A program made the position numbers and the translations under genes. Under the pieces are notes generated by a model. That model saw nothing but the letters and a program-made list of their open reading frames with translations. It was not told the origin of the DNA and ran no database searches. A stretch of DNA of 64,000 bases from NCBI GenBank assembly GCA_021734445.1, contig JAIPIY010000001.1, forward strand, positions 110,814 to 174,813. Reading direction: 5' to 3'. Position 1 is the stretch's first letter, and every line of letters begins with the position of its first letter. The stretch is from Minisyncoccota bacterium. GTDB taxonomy: Bacteria; Patescibacteriota; Minisyncoccia; Phycocordibacterales; UBA1006. Of this stretch, positions 57,923-64,000 are shown in pieces.

Positions 57923-59914
57923 TTAAGAGACCGTGAAATTCTGATTAATCACACCCTTTGTGGCTTTGAATGGTTGCGAAGTATACACATGTGCATAGGT
58001 ACCATCAGCGTTTTTGCGTTCAATTGTTACATAGTATTCACCCTTTTGCACCAAACAGTAATATTTTCCATCAGCATCGGAAACTTTGTGAGCGACTTCT
58101 TTTTGCAATCGTGCATTAAAGATACGCATAATCGCAAAAGACAAAGGATACCCTGCGCTGTCGGTCAAAATACCATGTGGTTTTGGATGTAATCCAACGA
58201 TATACAAGAACAACATAACAATATACAAACCAACGATAATACCATTAAATATTGACTGAGAAGAAAAGAATGCCAACAACGAAGTAACGAAACCAACTAC
58301 ATACAAAATATTAATAACCCGAATCAACAAAGCATCATGTTTTTTAAAGAAGTTAGCTACCTTCATTTCTTTTTTCGCCTGTTCGTTCCAATCGACCCCT
58401 TCGGCGTCCATAGGAATATTTTTTGTAATCACCTGTCCTTGCTCTGTTACGGAAATTGGTTCACCAAAATAAAGATTTGGATATAATTCATCAGTGGTTC
58501 GCCCTGATAATTTTAATGAAGGAAATGTATAATGAGTTTTCCCTACGGTAATAGTATACAAACCTGGCGCCACAGGAAATCCAAAACGACCATCAAGATC
58601 AGTAATAGAGCTGGCTACTTCTTTACCTGATGCATCCAACAACGAAACGTATGCAGGATCCAACGGTTGTTTTGTTGCAGAATCAAATACCACACCCCAC
58701 GGTTTGTATCTTCGACGAATTCCCAAGAATGACAATAGAATATTCCAAATTCGCAGGAAAGAAGGAATCATTCCCGCCAATCCCGAAGCCAAAGCAACAG
58801 TAGATATCAATTGCAATGTATTCATTGGAGTCTCTTGTGCAAAATATTTTTTCACATTTTGAACTGTTTCATTTGCTAGGAAAGAATCAATCATATCTGA
58901 CGCACCAGAAAAAATTTCAGACGTAGGGGCATCTGTCCCCGGCGTTCCTGTTGGGCCCGTTGGCGTATCAGGTGGTGATGGCGGTAGAGGAGGTTCTTCA
59001 GGTGGCAATGGGGGTTCTTCTGGCGGCAATGGAGTTACCGGTAAAATACAATCCCCATTCTCATCTACAACAAGATTATTGGGAATGGATGTTTGATTTC
59101 CTGAAATATTAGGGCACATATCAGTGCTGTCAGCGATACACTGACCACCATCCATTGAATATCCTATAGGGACAGATGCTTGTATTCCTGATAGATTTGG
59201 ACAAACATCAGTAGTATCAGCAACACAATTTCCTAAATTATCATAAGAAAATCCTGTTGGCATACTGGATTGTGCCCCGACAATATTGGGGCAAACATCA
59301 ATTAAAATACATGCACTACCCACCAACATATATCCAGATGGTACAGATGATTGATTACCATCAATATTCAAACATACATCAGGTGTAGGTGGAGGAACAA
59401 AAACACCCCCACCACCTGGTGTACTGCCGCCATCATCTGTACATTGAAAATCAGTAACCACACATGCAGATCCTGGACAAGAAAATTCTAACCAACCATT
59501 TGAACCAGACCATGCGTATCCATCAAATTCTCCGTCATCGTTCATGGTTACACCGCCACCCTGTGGTGAAAAGTTTACCCAACCAATTTGACTTCCCCAT
59601 GCGTACCCAGACAATGCACCAGTATCACCTGTACATTGCAAAACAACCCCTGTGCTAGTCGGGTCAAGATTAATCCATCCAGCAACATCACCCCATGCAT
59701 ATCCATTAAATTCCCCTGTAGTGTCATCGATATCGACATTGCCACCTGTTGGATTGAAATTTACCGAACCTTGTTCAGATTCTGTAAATTCAGCACAAGA
59801 ATCATTGGTAGAACAGTTTGTACTGGTACCAATGGTTGCTGCATACACCGTTACAGAAACAAAGCTGACAAGTACGATTAAAAAGCGCAATGATATTTTT
59901 TTTAGTATAAACAT
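57923..59914 (-). CDS. Multi-domain cell-surface protein with internal repeats (3 x GYAW ... GW ~35-aa repeats; 4 x DVCPNIxGxQSSxP ~28-aa Cys repeats), a PLPPEEP proline-rich linker, TM segments and a C-terminal CarboxypepD_reg-like beta-sandwich.
   Basis: Repeats read in the translation; [28 protein letters not shown] motif. Confidence 0.5.
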   Translation of the reverse strand: MFILKKISLRFLIVLVSFVSVTVYAATIGTSTNCSTNDSCAEFTESEQGSVNFNPTGGNVDIDDTTGEFNGYAWGDVAGWINLDPTSTGVVLQCTGDTGALSGYAWGSQIGWVNFSPQGGGVTMNDDGEFDGYAWSGSNGWLEFSCPGSACVVTDFQCTDDGGSTPGGGGVFVPPPTPDVCLNIDGNQSSVPSGYMLVGSACILIDVCPNIVGAQSSMPTGFSYDNLGNCVADTTDVCPNLSGIQASVPIGYSMDGGQCIADSTDMCPNISGNQTSIPNNLVVDENGDCILPVTPLPPEEPPLPPEEPPLPPSPPDTPTGPTGTPGTDAPTSEIFSGASDMIDSFLANETVQNVKKYFAQETPMNTLQLISTVALASGLAGMIPSFLRIWNILLSFLGIRRRYKPWGVVFDSATKQPLDPAYVSLLDASGKEVASSITDLDGRFGFPVAPGLYTITVGKTHYTFPSLKLSGRTTDELYPNLYFGEPISVTEQGQVITKNIPMDAEGVDWNEQAKKEMKVANFFKKHDALLIRVINILYVVGFVTSLLAFFSSQSIFNGIIVGLYIVMLFLYIVGLHPKPHGILTDSAGYPLSFAIMRIFNARLQKEVAHKVSDADGKYYCLVQKGEYYVTIERKNADGTYAHVYTSQPFKATKGVINQNFTVS

Positions 59915-59923
59915 ATGAAATTA

Positions 59924-60604
59924 TTATAACACAAGAAATGACAAAGGAATAAGATTCCCAGCAATAAGTGTGTATAAAAATACTACGACCGGCAAAAGAA
60001 GATCCCATAAAAAGAAAACAAAGAAAATCAGCATGAACATCCAGTATTTTTCAAAAAATATTCGGACCGCATTCCAATGTCTTGGAAACAATGCAAACAT
60101 AATATGGTGTCCGTCCAACGGTGGTATCGGAACCAAATTAAATACAGCCAGAACCGTATTTACAATAATAATAATTCCTGCAATTTTTAGTTCTGGAGAA
60201 ACAAAAATCTCTCCAGTCATCGAAACGGAAACAGGATCTACAATCCCGATTGCGATACCAGCATGAGCAATTAATGAAACAAAAATAGCAATTAAAATGT
60301 TAGAAACCGGCCCAGCCAATGCAACCAATGCAGGTCCATATTTTTTATTATCCAATTGATGCAAATTAAAAGGGACTGGTTTTGCCCAACCAATCAGAAA
60401 ACCAGCCTTGGTAACCACTAGTAACAAGGGAATAATAATAGAACCCCAAAGATCCAAATGTTTTATAGGGTTCAACGTCAAACGTCCCGCCATACGTGGA
60501 GTTGGGTCACCCATTGCTTCGGCTGCGTATCCATGAGACAGTTCGTGTAAAATTACTGAAAATAATAATATGAGAATGTAAAAAATGATATCAATTCCTG
60601 CCAT
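59924..60604 (-). CDS. Site-2 protease-type zinc metalloprotease (peptidase M50 family).
   Basis: ILHELSHGYAAEA HExxH plus NLVPIPPLDGHH LDG motif; 226 aa, polytopic. Confidence 0.75.
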   Translation of the reverse strand: MAGIDIIFYILILLFSVILHELSHGYAAEAMGDPTPRMAGRLTLNPIKHLDLWGSIIIPLLLVVTKAGFLIGWAKPVPFNLHQLDNKKYGPALVALAGPVSNILIAIFVSLIAHAGIAIGIVDPVSVSMTGEIFVSPELKIAGIIIIVNTVLAVFNLVPIPPLDGHHIMFALFPRHWNAVRIFFEKYWMFMLIFFVFFLWDLLLPVVVFLYTLIAGNLIPLSFLVL

Positions 60605-60705
60605 GATGAAACCAGTATACCAAAAGGTATGATGAATTACTAATACAAAATACTAATACAAACAAAAAACCACCCTCGGGTGGTTTTTTGTTTGTATTAA
60701 TTTAT

Positions 60706-62214
60706 TTAGATATTCAATCGAATAACATCTCCCCATTCACTTTCTCCCAAACTATAGCCCTGGTTAGTTTGAGTATCGACATAATCAATATCCTCGATAC
60801 CAATGACGAAACTTAGATCATACGCGATATTGTATGAGGCAACCCCATTAAATATATCTTCTGCAATTACCAAGAAATCTAATACCTCTCCATCTTCCAG
60901 TTCGTATCCTGCATTATTGTTGATGTCAAAACTAAATCCTAGTTTAGCTGGTGCACCGTTCCACCCTGGAGATACATTAACCTCTTCTTCCTCGGCAAGG
61001 ATAGTATTACCACCTGTTTCTTTCATTATTAACTCACCAAAGTGTGGAGTATTCCACAAGCTTAGGACCCCGAAATCAATTGACTCAATCTCAACCTCAT
61101 CACCACAATCATTTTCAATAGTGAATCTACCGAGAACAGGCTCACTACTATTCATAATCCATTCTGTCGCACTATTTTGATTTGAAATATGAGTAACCTC
61201 TAGACATTCATTATCCATAGAAGAATTTTGTGATGCATTGATGGTGAACCTACTATCTGAGTAATCATCAACTGCACCATATTGCAAACCAGTATCAATA
61301 TCTATTACTTGTATCTGATATTCTTTTAATCCTGAAGGATATGGAAATGTTGAATTCCAAATATTAGTTGCAGGCAAAGTAATCACTGCTACTCCATTAT
61401 TTACTGGTATTGGATTTGAATTTAACCAACCTGTGGTCATATTCCCCGGAGCCACCGTATTACTATTTGGGGTTTCTTGAATAACAGATACTGGAATATA
61501 CACAAGCTGTATTGCAACACGATGATTTGCTAGCACATTACAATTTGTCCACTTTACTGTAACCTGCTGGCCTGCAGTATATGTTTCCCCACCATTTGGA
61601 GAAGTAACTTTTATCCGAGGAGCTGAATTTGGTAAACAAAGAGTTTGTGGCAAGACAGGTTGAATAGTAATTCCTCCACCTACCGGCATTGAAGGTGCTG
61701 TGGATGTAGTGGTAGTAGTGGTAGTAGTACCACCTGATTTAGTATAACCCGATTCCCCCCAAGATGTTCCCCAGCTATTATTCATCACACTGATTGTATT
61801 TTTTCCTAACAAACCATCTGCATGAAGTTTATGTGCTGTTTGAAATTGAGAAACAGCCAAAAAGGTAGCCTTGTCATATGTTCCTGGCATATATGATCCG
61901 GATTTAAGAAATCCTAACTTCTCGAGCAATTTTTGTGCTCCAGCTACTTCTACTCCCACAGTATCAGGGCGTAATGTTGCTGAAATAGACAAAGGTTTTA
62001 TCTCTGACGCAGTAGTTACCGATGCTTGTGTTGTAGCTGTAGTATTTACTGTAGTCGCTGATCGTGAAGCTAAACCAGCTAACTGAGTACGAATACTTTC
62101 GATTTGATTAATGATGTTTTGTAATAGTGACGTATCTGTGTTTGCTGAAGCAAATGATATTCCTGAGAAGATGAACGTGAATACGAGAACAGAGGTGATA
62201 AGATATTTTTTCAT
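60706..62214 (-). CDS. Secreted protein with a peptidoglycan-binding domain, a poly-Thr linker and a C-terminal beta-rich domain.
   Basis: Signal peptide; QKLLEKLGFLKSGSYMPGTYDKATFLAVSQFQTAHKLHADGLLG; TTTTTTTTST linker. Confidence 0.5.
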   Translation of the reverse strand: MKKYLITSVLVFTFIFSGISFASANTDTSLLQNIINQIESIRTQLAGLASRSATTVNTTATTQASVTTASEIKPLSISATLRPDTVGVEVAGAQKLLEKLGFLKSGSYMPGTYDKATFLAVSQFQTAHKLHADGLLGKNTISVMNNSWGTSWGESGYTKSGGTTTTTTTTSTAPSMPVGGGITIQPVLPQTLCLPNSAPRIKVTSPNGGETYTAGQQVTVKWTNCNVLANHRVAIQLVYIPVSVIQETPNSNTVAPGNMTTGWLNSNPIPVNNGVAVITLPATNIWNSTFPYPSGLKEYQIQVIDIDTGLQYGAVDDYSDSRFTINASQNSSMDNECLEVTHISNQNSATEWIMNSSEPVLGRFTIENDCGDEVEIESIDFGVLSLWNTPHFGELIMKETGGNTILAEEEEVNVSPGWNGAPAKLGFSFDINNNAGYELEDGEVLDFLVIAEDIFNGVASYNIAYDLSFVIGIEDIDYVDTQTNQGYSLGESEWGDVIRLNI

Positions 62215-62332
62215 AAAAATAATGCGTATATTAATAAATGGGAACTTTAATTATATTGTACCCTCTCCCGAGGTGAGTTGTAAAGGTGAAAGTCTTGCAT
62301 TCTATTGAAATACGTGATAGTATCGTATGCAT

Positions 62333-62578
62333 ATGGCAAAACAATGTCCAATCACAGGAAAATCAAGTATTGTTGCGGGTGGGTATTCCAACCGTATTCG
62401 TGCTACCAAATTTAACCCAACAGGTCTACGACGAACACATGCAAATCTTCAGAAAAAGAAGGTATTTGTTCCAGAAACGGGTCAAACTTTGTCTTTGACA
62501 ATTTCTACTCGTGGAATGAAGACTTTGAAGAAAAACGGTGCATACCAAACTCTTCGAAAAGCTGGATTGATTGCTTAA
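62333..62578 (+). CDS. rpmB: 50S ribosomal protein L28.
   Basis: MAKQCPITGKSSIVAGGYSNRIRATKFNPTGLRRTHANLQKKKVF. Confidence 0.8.
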   Translation: MAKQCPITGKSSIVAGGYSNRIRATKFNPTGLRRTHANLQKKKVFVPETGQTLSLTISTRGMKTLKKNGAYQTLRKAGLIA

Positions 62579-62622
62579 TCTTTTCCAAACATAAAAACAG
62601 TCACCATTGCGGTGGCTGTTTT

Positions 62623-63489
62623 TTATTTACCTAACCAAACATCTTTACCATTACCATACATAGTAACGGTACCCATTTCACAGGTAGACAATATAATAAC
62701 ATCTTCACTGGCCAAATTTTTTGTAACTGTCGGGTGTGGATGACCATACCGATTATCACAACCATACGACAACACCGCAAATTGTGGATCAACCCTTTTT
62801 ACAAATTCCAAACCGGTTGATGTTCCCGATCCATGATGGCCTACTTTTAAAATATCTGAATCCAATGTCCCCGTTTCTGAAACTAATATCTGTTCATTTT
62901 CTAATTCTACATCCCCTGTTAATAAAATTTCATTTTCTCCGTACACTAATCGAAAAACCAAAGACGCAGAATTTCTATCGCCACCCCGTTCGACAGATTC
63001 TGGTAATAATGTTTCTAAAAAGATTCCACGTTTTGCATCTAAAATAAAACGCATACCACGACGTGCAACAATATACGGTATATTTTTTTCTTGCACCAAA
63101 TCAACAAGAGCCTGATCGATATTAGTATCAGCCCGCATGCCATTATCAACAAAAGTGCCAACAGAATATTGTTCGATTACAGGTATCAATCCGGTAATAT
63201 GATCCGCATCCGCATGGGTCGCGATAATCATATCAATATGACGGTCAGAAAAATGCATAAATGCACCCAATTCAGATAATACATTTCTTCCTGGTCCACC
63301 ATCAACCAAAATCTGATTTCCACTGGGAGTTTCAATAAATATTGCATCCCCTTGCCCTACATCAAGAAAAGATACGATCATGGGTTTTGGCTGAAAAAAA
63401 TTCCATCCAACATACCCCAACATACCGATCCCGACAGTAAACGAGAAAACAAAAAAACAAAATCGTGATATACTGATATCATTACTCAT
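62623..63489 (-). CDS. MBL-fold metallo-hydrolase, ComEC C-terminal domain-like.
   Basis: IATHADADHITG (HxHxDH) motif; N-terminal TM. The ORF-track start at 63507 is a TTG; the internal ATG is at 63489. Confidence 0.55.
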   Translation of the reverse strand: MSNDISISRFCFFVFSFTVGIGMLGYVGWNFFQPKPMIVSFLDVGQGDAIFIETPSGNQILVDGGPGRNVLSELGAFMHFSDRHIDMIIATHADADHITGLIPVIEQYSVGTFVDNGMRADTNIDQALVDLVQEKNIPYIVARRGMRFILDAKRGIFLETLLPESVERGGDRNSASLVFRLVYGENEILLTGDVELENEQILVSETGTLDSDILKVGHHGSGTSTGLEFVKRVDPQFAVLSYGCDNRYGHPHPTVTKNLASEDVIILSTCEMGTVTMYGNGKDVWLGK

Positions 63490-63510
63490 ACTAATTACAG
63501 TATACAAAAT

Positions 63511-64000
63511 ATGTCATCATATATTCAACATAATTTTTCACTTCCTAAATTAACAGGTATCTCTGAAAAAACAAATGAAGAACACCTAAAATTGTACGCA
63601 GGGTATGTAAAAAACACAAACGAAATACTAGGGTCAATAAAAGATCTCAGCATTGATCCAGCAAAAAATGCATACGTATTAGGTGAATTATCTCGACGAT
63701 TTGCCTTTGAATTTAATGGCATGAAAAACCATGAATATTATTTTCATTCATTCGAAGGCGGTCACACCGAACCAAATATCGAAAGTAATTTATATAAAGC
63801 AATCGTACAAACATGGGGATCATTTGATGCGTGGATGGAATCTTTTATCCTGTTGGCAAAAACCCGCGGTGTAGGTTGGGCAATTTTATATTACGACAAA
63901 GATACTAATCAATTATTAAACACCTGGGTAGATGAACAACATTTAGGTCATTTAAATTCTTGTCAATATATTGTAGGTATCGATATGTGGGAACACGCAT
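63511..64000 (+). CDS. Fe/Mn superoxide dismutase-like protein, 3' end beyond the window.
   Basis: FSLPKL N-terminus, conserved GIDMWEHA (D ... WEH metal ligands). The HHxKHH block is diverged to EEHLKLY. Confidence 0.5.
   Translation, partial: MSSYIQHNFSLPKLTGISEKTNEEHLKLYAGYVKNTNEILGSIKDLSIDPAKNAYVLGELSRRFAFEFNGMKNHEYYFHSFEGGHTEPNIESNLYKAIVQTWGSFDAWMESFILLAKTRGVGWAILYYDKDTNQLLNTWVDEQHLGHLNSCQYIVGIDMWEHA

Overview
This is an AT-rich bacterial window (roughly 35-38% GC by eye) that uses the standard genetic code: EF-Tu, EF-G and all ribosomal proteins are intact with no in-frame TGA. Most genes are on the minus strand. The core of the window (38979-57788, minus) is a contiguous str/S10/spc ribosomal block: rpsL-rpsG-[giant surface protein]-fusA-[two small hypotheticals]-tuf-rpsJ-rplC-rplD-rplW-rplB-[giant surface protein]-rpsS-rplV-rpsC-rplP-rpmC-rpsQ-rplN-rplX-rplE. 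It stops after rplE at a terminator hairpin. Two paralogous giant genes (833 aa and ~1320 aa) are inserted into this operon. Both encode secreted proteins with 17-residue Gly/Asn-rich tandem repeats and a C-terminal phage tail-spike-type intramolecular chaperone (peptidase S74, SDxxLK motif). The rest of the window holds six tRNA genes, a PilM/N/O type IV pilus assembly cluster, RuvX, RluA, L19 and L28. There are two separate disulfide-oxidation systems (DsbA-like + Trx-like + DsbB/BdbC-like, and a VKOR-family protein). A copper-resistance operon (CsoR-CopA-HMA/CcdA-like-small secreted protein) carries a perfect 20-bp operator palindrome. A large 1144-aa cytoplasmic protein has GCS2/amidoligase-like motifs. 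There is an accessory cluster of small enzymes, several secreted peptidoglycan-binding proteins, an M50 protease, a ComEC-like MBL hydrolase and a partial Fe/Mn-SOD-like gene at the 3' edge. The most unusual non-coding signal is a recurring module downstream of five tRNA genes. It consists of a hairpin, a conserved ~45-nt element ending in GTGAC, and for His, Val and Ser an exact 20-25-nt copy of that tRNA's own 3' end beginning precisely at T-loop position C56. The overall gene content and the lysine-rich ribosomal-protein tails suggest a small-genome, possibly CPR/Patescibacteria-like organism, but that is an inference. Coordinates read directly from the raw sequence may be off by 1-2 nt; coordinates derived from the ORF track are exact.
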